A stretch of 64,000 nt of DNA from Lama guanicoe (taxonomy: Eukaryota): contig MU054526.1 of NCBI GenBank assembly GCA_013239625.1, positions 2,656,345 to 2,720,344 of the forward strand, in the 5' to 3' direction. Position numbers and translations under genes: made by a program. The notes beneath the pieces were generated by a model, which saw nothing but the letters and a program-made list of their open reading frames with translations, was not told the origin of the DNA and did not search any database. This document shows, piece by piece, positions 52,214 through 62,819 of this stretch (its first letter is position 1; each line of letters starts with the position of its first letter).

Positions 52214-53549
52214 ATGGCGTGTGCAGCAGCGAGCCTCATGCGCTCTGACGCTCACACGCTGGGCGTGGGACGGTCAGCCTAGACTAGAAGGTCCCGTCTC
52301 CTGTGGGGTCCAGTGCAGTTAAGGAATGGTTTTGAATCAAGCCTAGAATGTATTCTACTCTGAGACAACTTTCCTTTCTGTGCCACTTGACTGACAGTCT
52401 GAAGACAGGAGCGAGGACACCACGCAGACAGGGGAGAAAGCCAGAGACCGGGACGGCTCGGAGCGCCCCAGCTGCAGGGAAAGATGTCCACACAGAGAGG
52501 CTTCCGCAAGCTGGCATTCTGGGGTTCCCCGTGGCACAGTAAACTGGGGCTGACGCTGTTCCACTCAAGGTCCTGAGCCCCACATGTGGGAACCACAGGG
52601 GCATCCTTGAGGGGGGCACTGTCCAGGTGATTTTCAGACCCACAGCGCTGCCAGCCAGAGCTGCCAGGAAATCAGCAGGTCACCCAGAGACATGTGAACA
52701 GTGGCCAACTTCATGGGCCGGAAAGCCTAGATTCAGGGGGTTCAATGCGGCTTCTGCTACCTTGACTCCGGCCCACCTGAAAGCCTCCAGGGTCTGAAGA
52801 CAGCTAACTTCACATCCGCGTCAGTCCCCGCTTCCTCGCTCCCTGCCCATCCTGAGCTTCAGCTCTGAGGTTAGAAGGTCCTCTCACCCTTTTAAGGAGG
52901 TCAGCGCTGAACAGTGGTTAGTCACCTCCTACATCAGGCCACCAGTCCCGATCACTTCAGGCCACACCTATTAGAAGTGCTGGGACTCTGGCTGCACGTG
53001 GAGCCTGGACGTACTTCTCACGTCAGCTGTCTAACAGAGGAACCCACGGCCGGCGTGTGACGTCCGCTGCCCGAGGGAGGAGGCGTAAGAAACGGCCCTC
53101 GCTGCTCCTGTACCTTTCTGCACCTGCTCGGGGACCGCAGAGCTCAGAGGAGAGGGGCCTGGAGTGGAGGTGGCTGTGGTACAGGAGGAGACACGCAAGA
53201 ATGCTCTGGAAGGCCAAAGAAAGACGGGCAACAACCAAAGGGCCTCCGGCCCTAGATGTCAACTGGTTCCATCAGCTCTTAAGGAAACTTCCAGAAATCC
53301 TGGCCTCGGAGAAAGAATTTATTCCTACTGTGTTTTCTGCCTGTTACGTGCTTTCAGATTCTCATTTCGTAGTGTCATGGGCTCTCCAAATTGCACATAT
53401 CTTTACAATTCTTGCGTTTACACAAAATTAACACTGTTCTCTACGGGTTAGCAAATCAAGGGAGTTGCCGCCGCCCCCCACCCCGCCAGGAGGGGTGGGA
53501 TGTTATGACTCAGAATGGACCGGAGCCAGCCTGCCTGGTTTTGCTGTCA

Positions 53550-54850
53550 CTGAGCTTTGGCAGTGCAGGGGCCTGCCCTCACACGCATGGCGGTTGTCCT
53601 GCTCCGCCAGGGACGCTGAGAGGAGGGCAGCGCGGGAAGGCGGGCCGAGCCAGCTCTCCGGAGGCCGTGACCCCGGGAGAACGGGCGTGCGCGGACCTCG
53701 GGGAGCCGCGCAGACACGGGTGCGGGGGGAGGCGGACCGGGAAGCCCGAGAGACTCCAGGGCGAGGGTCGCTCAGCAGGAAAGAGAGCGGCTAAGAAGCT
53801 GCTATGAAAGCCACTTACGGGAACCCACCGCTTCCATAGGCACGAGCGAGTCCCCACCTGCGCTCGAACAGCGACAGCGACAACAGAGAGCAACCCTGCG
53901 GAATGAACGCAGCGAGCAACGTGCAACACCCAGCCCCCGCGAGCGCACGTCTCTCAGACGTTTCCGAAGGCTGCGAAACGCAGGCGGGAGCGACTCGAGG
54001 CCTGCCGTCCGCGGGCGGCGCTGGGGCTCAGCATCGTGAGCGCGGCAGCCCTCCCGAGGCGGCGCTGCGGGCGCACGTCCGTCCCCAGAGTCCACCCACA
54101 GCTCTTCGCCTGGAACTGGACGAGTTGGCACGAGCTCCCCGCGGAGAAGTAAGACGTGAGCCTAGCTAGGGAGACGGCGCAAGAGCAGAGCCGTGCGGGC
54201 GGCGGGGACCAGCGCGCCCCGGGCCCTCGGAGGCCCGGGGAGACGGAGCCCGCGCGCGGCGGGAGAAGCGCGAGGACCGGCCGCGCTTCGCAGGCGGCTC
54301 CAGGCGGTGCGCGTCACGGACCCTGTGACTCACCTGCGACCGCGCGCTCCCGGCAGCGGGGAGGCGGCGGCGGCCACCGCGCAGGCTCAGCAGCTGCTGG
54401 AATTGCTCAGCGGAAGTGTCACGAGGAACATGCTACGCGCACGCGCTCCCAGTTCTGCCCACAAACCGATGCCGAGTTACGAAGGGCAAGTAACAGCTTC
54501 ACGGTGCAGAACCCCGGGCCCGCCGAGTCAGCCCAGTCCGGAGCCCAGGTCCCCAGCGAGGAGGAACAGGGACGGTGTGGCTGGAGGGGCGTCCGCCCCA
54601 GATAGCTGGGAAGCGGTTTGGGCAAACCTTCCCTCCTGGTGCGTCCTGCTCTCTGTCTCCCCGGAGTCCCCCCCTCATCCCCCCGGGCCCCGCTCTCATC
54701 ACCAGCGTGACCAAGGCTGTAAGGAAGGCGCCCAGGGGCTCCGTTCCTGCGCTCGTAACTGTCATTAATCCAAACAGGCTTCCGTGACCCAGGAGGGTCA
54801 GCAAACCGCTGACGTGTGGGAGAGGCGCTGAGCTTGCAGTAGGTAACCTC
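53550..54850. promoter_or_regulatory. CpG island / bidirectional promoter-like element not assignable to any recognised gene
   Basis: High CpG density; ETS CGGAAGTG 54411-54418; NRF1-like GCGCACGCGC 54437-54446; minus-strand donor at 54334/54333 and plus-strand donor TAG|gtaacc at 54842/54843. Confidence 0.65.
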
Positions 54851-55344
54851 TTTTTCGTGTTGTTAGCTTACTTTACCTGCAGCTCTTCTAATATAAACTG
54901 ACTATAAATGCTGATGCTGACAAACAGTAGGCAGACTCGTTGGCAGGTGTCAGAACACCGCGCCTTCCCGTCCATCCCCACGGACTTCTCACCAAGTGCC
55001 AGAAGCTGGACCACAAAGTAAACTGTGAATCTTCTGGCCGTCCAGCTCTAAACCCGGCATCGGGCTCTCTTCACTTGTTGGCACATTTGGACAACGTGTG
55101 GAGCACAGAAGCGGGGTTCATGACAGGCAGAAACTGTTTTCTGGAAAAGCAGAAATTGCCCTTCGTAACTCGGCATCGGTTTGTGGGCAGAACTGGGAGC
55201 GCGTGCGCGTAGCATGTTCCTCATGACACTTCCGCTGAGCAATTCCAGCAGCTGCTGAGCCTGCGCGGTGGCCGCCGCCGCCTCCCCGCTGCCAGGAGCG
55301 CCCGTTCGCAGGTGAGTCACAGGATCTGTGACACGCACTGCCTG
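54301..55344. repeat. 189-bp inverted repeat (54301-54489 / 55156-55344), 666-bp spacer
   Basis: Manual alignment: 8 mismatches, no indels. The same peptide appears in ORFs 54193(+) and 55338(-). Confidence 0.97.
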
Positions 55345-55616
55345 ATGACAAGCTAACCAATAATGGATATTAGTCTTCTCAGCGGCATGTTATCAATTTA
55401 TTAATATATAGTTAAAATAAGCAATAATCAACTAAGCAGTTACAGCTTATTAAAATGTAATTTTCATTATGCAGTGTGCATTTATTGTGTTCTATGAGCT
55501 GGAATGCAGTCTAAGAAGTGCTGATGACTTGACAGCGAGAAGATGTGGCTTATAATTTCATGGGCCCTTTTATTTGCTTCACTATTTGTTTATTCTACCG
55601 AATCTTGATGACAAAT

Positions 55617-56438
55617 TGTGAAAAATACTCCCTTCCCTATCAGGGACAATTATTTGTTTGGACATTGAATACGCAGGTAGCATAAACCTGGTCTGAAATG
55701 CAGAACAAGCCACTTCCTTGAAGGTCCTGCATACAAGGTGGGAAGACTCTGCTGGGGTCTGCAGGTGAGGCTTTGGGGAGGTGGGTGCTCAGGAGAGGGT
55801 CAAGGCTGAGACAGGAGTGGCGACTCACCACCACACCTGAAACAGAGGAGAAATTCCTTATGAGAGAATTGGGGATGAGGCGTTCCCCTCAACACAGCCA
55901 TTTATCCAGGGAGGAGAGAGAGCCATAAACTGTGTACATTTCTGCAGAGAACGATACTGCTTTTGTGAAACAGCTTCTGAGTTGTTACTGGCGATGAGGA
56001 AAAATAATGAATTTCTCTATAGCAGGACAGTCAAACTAAGTCAAAATCAAAACACGTATAACATGCCCCAAACACGTCCCCGTACAGACCTCCTCAGGGC
56101 AGCGAGAGGTAATCAACCTCTGGGGAAAATGGTCCCTTTCTTCTGACACCAGCATTGTAAGTTTTAAGATTACTATTTCTTTCTCCTCCTGCACAGGGCA
56201 TCACAGGGACCTAAAGGCTCACCCTGTAAATGCATCAATGTCTCTCATACATTTTAGGTAGAACGTTAACCTGTCAATAAGATACATGATTCTTTGTATC
56301 AAAAATGTGTCAAACTGCATCCCATGGCACAGTTCTCAGAACTTCTGAGAGTCTGTCTCCCCGGTTACAATCCCAAGTTTGCCTCGAATAAAATTCTATT
56401 TGTTTCTTCTTAGCTTGATAACTGAATTTTCGTTGACA
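55617..56438 (+). mobile_element. Probable ERV LTR
   Basis: TG...CA ends and AATAAA at 56387-56392 near the 3' end; no TSD found and left boundary uncertain. Confidence 0.45.
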
Positions 56439-56614
56439 CGGGCTCCAGTGCAGACTGAATGCTTGGCCACAGCAGCCAAGTCTGTACATGGCATGAGATG
56501 CCCGTCATGGCCCAGGAGCCGGCTGCCCACCGAGCCTGACACAGGTCTCCCCAGCAGCACCCCGTCTTCAGATGGAAGTGGTTTACATGGGATGTGGTCA
56601 CCAAGTTCCTGAAG

Positions 56615-57105
56615 GCAAGCAGTAAGCAGAATAATGACCCCGTAAAGACGTGCACATCCAGTCCTCGGACTCTGAGAACGTGTCACCTCGCATGGCAAAG
56701 GGACTTTGCAGATGTGAGTAAGCTGAGGCTCTGGAGATGGGGAGACGCCCTAGTTTATCCAGGAGGTATCTTGTGTTACCACCTTATAAGACAAAGAGGG
56801 AGTCAGAGGAGTCAGAGCCAAAGAGCATGTACGTTGAAAGCAGTGGTTAGAGAGATGTGCTCTGAAGACGGAGGTTGGGGGGAGAAGCCATGGGACACGG
56901 CAGCCTGTGGAAGTTTGAAAGGCAAGGGAACGGATTCCTCCCCGAAGCCCTCAGGAGGAACACAGCCTGAAGGCAAGTCGGTTTTAATCCAGGGGTTTCC
57001 AGCTTGGACTTCTGCCCTCCAGAACTGCAAGGTAGTAACTTTGCGTGGCTTTACCCCACCGGCCGGCGGTACCGGTGCAACAGAAACAGGAAACAATAAA
57101 GACAG
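56615..57105 (+). mobile_element. MLT1 (MaLR) LTR
   Basis: cagaataatgacccc...catggcaaagggactttgcagatgtg...ctggagatggggag...ctccagaactg. Confidence 0.75.
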
Positions 57106-57495
57106 ATTTTTTTTTCCCCTAATCTGATCTCTCAAGCGCAGGGTTTGAATCTCTTACGTCCAGGGATGTCCCTCCAGGCACACGGCAAACATCCAGTATG
57201 TATGTGTTGATGCCTGGATGTAAAAGGGCTTCAGGCCAGGAAGTCAGCAGCTGATGGGTCAAGCCAGGCCTCAGATGTGGTCAGAACATGTGCAGAGGCC
57301 TGCTGCCCGCCCCAGCCCTGAGGAGAGGAGGGCTTGTCTCCCGGGGAGGGGCTGGTTCCCTTCCCGTGGGGCTGCTGACGTGACAGCCCCTTGACGGGAA
57401 AACCAGCCTCCCCGCGGACACACCCTGTGGGTCTCCGTGCTGAGGGCACCGTGTTTCCTCCATCTGCACAGCCTGCACCACAGGGAGGAGGCGCC

Positions 57496-60400
57496 ATGAC
57501 CCCCACGCTCACGGCCCTGCTCTGTCTCGGTGAGATTGAGGAGGGGAGGGCGGTCCTGGTCGGGGAGGGACCCTCCCACAGCCAGGCCTGCTCTGTCAGG
57601 AGACCCCACGGCTCAGGACGGTCGGGGGAGGGGCGGTTCTGCTCAGGGTTCAGGGCGACTCTCTCACAGGGACCTCTCTTCCAGGGCTGAGTGTGGGCAT
57701 GAGGGCCCAGGTGCAGGCAGGTGAGTCTGTGCCCAGATGTCCCCGCTCCCCCCTCCTCATTGTGGGGAAGGGCCAGCCCCTCCCCTGGCAACGGGGGTGG
57801 GGAACAGCAGCTCTGGGCTGAAGGACGGGGAGGCTGGGGGCTGTGGGGCTGAGAGCTGGGGGATGGGGGAAGGGGAATGTCTTGTGACCCAGGCCTCTGA
57901 TTTCCTTCCAGGGACCCTCCCCAAACCCACCATCTGGGCTGAGCCAGGCTCTGTGATCCCCTGGTGGAGGCCCGTGACAATCTGGTGTCAGGGGACCCTG
58001 GGGGCCCGGGGGTTCCGTCTGGATAAAGAGGGAAGCCAACGCCCCTGGGACACACAGCCCCCACTGGAGCCCGGGCACAAGGCCAAGTTCTCCATCCCAC
58101 ACATGAAAGAGAACAACACAGGGAGATACCGCTGTTACTATCACAGCCGCACTGGCTGGTCAGAGCGCAGTGACCCCCTAGTGCTGCGGATGTCAGGTGA
58201 GGAGCCAGCGGGTCAGTCAGGGACCCAGAAACTGCACAGGCCCTGCTGGGGGAGCCCCAGGGGTGATGCTGGATCAGGGGGTGGGGTCCCCAGGGAGGGA
58301 GAGGCAGGGAGAGACACGGTATGGGCAGGAGATGAGGGTCCTCCGACAGGCGCTGAGTCTCAGCTCAGAACCAGGTGGGCCGGCAGCCCCTCACACCCCC
58401 TTCTCTCTCTAGGATGGCTGCGTGACACCCCCTCCCTCTCGGTGCAGCCGGGCCCCACGGTGGCCTCAGGACCGAGTGTGACCCTGCTGTGTCAGTCAAG
58501 GCTCTACAGAGACACCTTCCTTCTGTTCAAGGAGGGGGCAGCCCATCCCCTACTGCTTCTTAAATCAAAGTCCCAAGGTGGGCAGTACCGGGCCGAATTC
58601 TCCCTGAGTCCTGTGACCGCAGCCCACTGGGGGACCTACAGGTGCTACAGCTCACTCAGCAGTGACCCCTACCTGCTGTCACAGCCCAGTAACCCCCTGA
58701 AGCTCCCGGTCTCAGGTGAGGGGCCCCAGCCTTGTCCTCTCTGTGTGCCGATGGTCAGCTCTGAAGGAGACCCCCTTTCGAGGATGGGAGTGAGGGGGGC
58801 TCCAAAGGAGGGTCAACCCAGGAGGGATTCGCCCTTCAGAGGGACGGAGGGAAACAGGGCCTTCCCACCCTGCCCTTCCCACGTCCCTGTCACCAGGCCT
58901 CAGGTGGGAGGAGGGAGGAAGCTGGGGTGGCCCCAGGGCAGGTACAGCAGAAGAGTGTGAGCAGAGATGGGGTCCCTGGGGAAGCTCCAGCCCCTCACTC
59001 AAGGACAGGCCTTTTACCCAGGATCCTCTGGGAACCCCCAGCCCCACCCAAGGGCCCAACTGCACACGGGAGAGTCCCTGGGGCCTCTGCCCAGTGAGTG
59101 GACACCTCGCTCCAGGCCTGTCTCTCGAGGTCCTCACTGATCTGACTCCTGCTCTCAGTCTCAGCACAGCTTGTGTCCCCGGGGGTATGGGGCTGGGAGC
59201 CGGGCAGAGATGCGGGGGGACCACAGGGCTCCGGGGGCTCTCAGGCCGTGTGGATGAAGGGTGGGGGTCATGGAGAGGGAGATGTTGGGTCCAGCCTGGG
59301 AGAGAAGTAGCCCCCGGCCCTCACCCCTGTCCTGACCCCCACGAGGCCCTGAGAACCGGCTCCTCCCTCCCATGAAGTCAGGCCCATAGACACGTAAGTG
59401 AGGGTCTCCGTGGGAGGTGGTGGTGGGTACTTGGGGGGCAGGGCTGAGTGATGCCCTCAGTTCAGGCACCTCTGGAGACGCGGACTTGGAGACCCCCTTC
59501 CCCTGCCTGGGCCTCAGTTTCCCCATGTGTAAAAGATGAGAACTGGCTCAGAGCTTATATTTCCTTCAGTTCTCACTTCTGGCTGTGACCCCCCGGGAGG
59601 GGCGGCCTCACAGGGAGGCCCCAGGATGTGACCTAACGGGTCTGTCCCCTCTGCAGCGGTGACGCTGACACTGTACTGGGGAGAGGGAAGGGGCAGGACA
59701 GTGGTCTGGGGCGTCCAGCCCTTTCCCTTCAGCTCAGGGAGCTCAGCCCGAGGGGAAGGGGCACGGGCTGGAGTCAGACCCCGGGTCGAGTCCCAGCTCT
59801 GCTGCTCCTGCCGTGCGACCCGGGCAGGTGGCTTCTGCATCTCGGGTTCATGGTCTGTGGGCTCCCTGGTCCCACCGTGCTCACAGGCTGCTGTGACATG
59901 AGGTGAAAGACGGCCTGGGCTTCCCAATGCTGCAGCGGGGAGGGGCGGGTAACAAGGAAGGACCCTCAGCTCCCGAAGAGACTCTCCAGGCCCCCCCACT
60001 GATGAGGAGCCCCCAGAAATGAAGCTGGTGTCCACCTGGGGGACAGCACAAGGGGGGTTCATGGAGCCCCAGTCTTGGGATCAAGCCAGTGCTGCCACAC
60101 CAAGGCTGGGTGGCCCATGTCTTGTGACTCTCCTCTCTGTGCCTCAGTTTCCTCATCTGCACAGGGGTGGGGTGGGGGTGATGGTGACGGGGGATGGGGA
60201 GGGGTTGCATGATTGTTCTGAGGGTTAGAGATGATTGTGTGGACTATAGCACACGTCTGGGACACAGTACGTGCTGAATTAAATGGCACTGTTGGCTCAT
60301 TCATGATGTCCCCCAGGAGGTGCCCCAGGTCTCGGGTGGCATGTGAACGTTCCGATCACAGGCTCAGTGGCCTTCGTTGTCATCGTCCTCCTCCTCTTCC

Positions 60401-62637
60401 TCCTCATCCGCTATCTGTGTCAGGAAAGACGCAGGAAGTCAGGTGAGTAGGGAACGGGGGGACCCTGGCCACTGGAGGAGGTGGGCTTAGGGCACCAGCC
60501 AAAGGAGAACCAGAGGTGGGCAAGGTCAGCTTAGAAAATTGGTTTTTCCACAGTATGGAGTTTTCTCAAAAACTAAAAATAGAACTACCATATGATACAG
60601 CAATTCCACTGCTGGTATATATCTGAAGAAAAGGAAAACACTAATTTAAAAAGAAGCTTACACTCCAATATTCATATAACCCATAGCCAATGTATGTGAG
60701 CAACCCAAGTGGCCATCAGCAGATCAATGGATAAAGAAGATGTGGTGTCCATGTATTCCATGGAATATTACTCAGCCGTAAAAAAGAATGAACTTCTGCC
60801 ACTTGCAACAACGCGCATGGACCTAGACAATGTTATGCTTAGTGAAATAAGTCAGAGAAAAACAAGCGCTCTATCTTATCACTTATTGTGGAATCTATAA
60901 AATAATACAAATGAATGTTTATGCAGAACAGTAATTGACTCACACGTATAGAAAACTAGTGGCTGCCAGTGGGGAGAGGGAAGGGGGCCAAATTAGGGAT
61001 GTGGGATTAGCAGATGCAAGCTGCTATGTATAAAACAGATAAGCAACAAAGATACACTGTATCAAATAGGGAATTACAGCCATTATTTGGTTTAGATGGA
61101 GTATAAATCTATAAAAATACCGGATCACTATGCTTATACACCTGAAACTAATATAATCCTGTAAATGAGCTATATACTCCATTTAAAAAAATTAGAGTCT
61201 CAGATCTGAAAATCTAGAAAGAAAACACCTAATGTCAGCTCACATGCACAAATGTACGGTGTTTTCATCTTTTTCAATCTCATGAAACACTGAAACACAT
61301 ATGCCCCTTCTGGGTGCAGGCGGGGGCTCCACCCCTGAGAGATCTCAGGGAATGCGAGCAAGCGTCACACCCCCTGTTCTGCCCCAGCAGATGCCGCCGT
61401 GAACGACACACAGCCTGCGGAGGAGGTGCAGCTAGACCATTGGGTGAGACCCCTGCTCCCGTCCAGGCCACCAAAGACTTGCTTGTTGCCAAACTTAGTC
61501 CAACGGACACTCCTCTGTCTTCACATCTCAGCTCCCAGCAGCTCCCACACTGACCTCTCCTGAACTGCCTGGTCATGTTCTGCTCTGACTCCACGCCTCC
61601 ACTTTCCTCGTGACCTCATGGCCCCTCCTTCAGGGTCCCCTTTATTGGCTCCTTGTCCTCTGTCTGACCTTCTGCTGTTGGAGCGTAGCCCCAGGTCTCA
61701 AGAGGATGCATGAATAAGTGAACCTCCCCAGACCCCCTAGGCGCCCCTTCATTCATTCACCCAGCAAAGGTGCACAGGGCGAGCACTAGCCCCCCGGCTC
61801 CCTGGCGGTGCTGCAGGTGCAGCCGTGAGCACACTGTGTCCACACTCCTCGAGCTCACCTGGTGGGTGAGGGAGACTATATGCAAATTAGCAGGCAGTGT
61901 CCTAGAATGCAAGGCCCTGATAGGGAAAGTAAAGCAAGAGAAGGAGACAGAGAGCATGGGAGGAGGGGCAGCAAGTGCAAAGGCAGGGACATGCTTTTGC
62001 AGGAAGATGGGCCATGTGGCTGGAGCCAAATGAGCAAGAGATAACGTGTTAACACAGAAATCAGAACCGTAGAGAGCAGCCAGAGACGCCAAGTTGTCAG
62101 GAAGCCCCTGGAGATTCCGTCAGGAAAGCGACCTGATCTCATCTAAGGTTTTAAAGCATCACTCTGGCAACAGAGTGGAAAACTCACTGGAGGAGATCCC
62201 AGTGGGTCCAGGAGGTGCTGCTCCTGTCTCACTGTCTCCCTCCAGCAGAACAGGCCGGATGGAGGCCCCCGGGGTGGGACGCACCCTCAGGGAGGGACGT
62301 ACGCCCAGGTGAACCACTCAAGATCAAGCCTAGGGTGAGGAATTGCCACCTGTCTTTCTCCCCTGTCGGGGGGACTGCTTGACACAAAGGACAGACAAGC
62401 AGAAGAGGACACGCAGAGGGACAGTCAAGCGGGTCCCATCCTCTCCAGCCCTCTGGCTCCCCCCCCAACCCAACCACACACCTTACCTCTCTCCCCCTAC
62501 TGCAGGCTGCCCCATCTACATGCCCCCAGGATGTGACCCACTCGACTCTCAGATGGGAGACTACTGCAGCCCCTCCCTCCTGGTCGGGGAAGCCCCCGGC
62601 AGAGCCCACCTTGTACACCACGCTCACCATCCACTAG
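57496..62637 (+). pseudogene. Two-Ig LILRB-like (inhibitory-type) receptor gene with disabled stalk and tail exons
   Basis: Leader 57496-57529 and 57685-57720 (MTPTLTALLCLGLSVGMRAQVQA); Ig 57912-58196 and 58413-58715 (both open); stalks 59022-59069 (donor GA) and 59346-59393 (TAG 59387). TM 60329-60442 (uncharged); tail 61391-61443, 62246-62428 (TGA 62336; GC donor) and 62506-62637 (..PTLYTTLTIH*). Confidence 0.85.
60545..61190 (+). mobile_element. LINE-1 3' end in LILR intron
   Basis: aaaactaaaaatagaactaccatatgat.cagcaattccact...MEYYSAVKKNELLPLATT. Confidence 0.9.
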
Positions 62638-62819
62638 CCCAGGGGACCCAGAGCCCGCGCTCCAGGCAGGGGACTGCAGGGACGCCGGAAGGCACAGGAC
62701 CTGCCTGCAGTGGACACCACCTGATGGCCACCAGCCGACCTGGACTCCTAATACAGACCGCAGGAGCTCCTGGGGCCCTTTGGGAGTCACCTGATTCTAC
62801 CATCAAACATAGTTAATAC

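Noticed and set aside
54193-54768. 191-aa ORF and its inverted twin (55048-55338) sharing a peptide
   Set aside because: The shared peptide simply reflects the DNA inverted repeat; non-ATG starts, CpG-island composition, no homology recognised.
54850-55560. Possible snoRNA boxes (TGATGA, CTGA, ACA after a weak hairpin)
   Set aside because: No convincing box pairing, terminal stem or recognisable guide; an Infernal/Rfam scan would be needed.
57737-58960. 407-aa continuous ORF across the LILR Ig exons
   Set aside because: Read-through of introns that happen to lack stops; canonical splice sites define the real exons.
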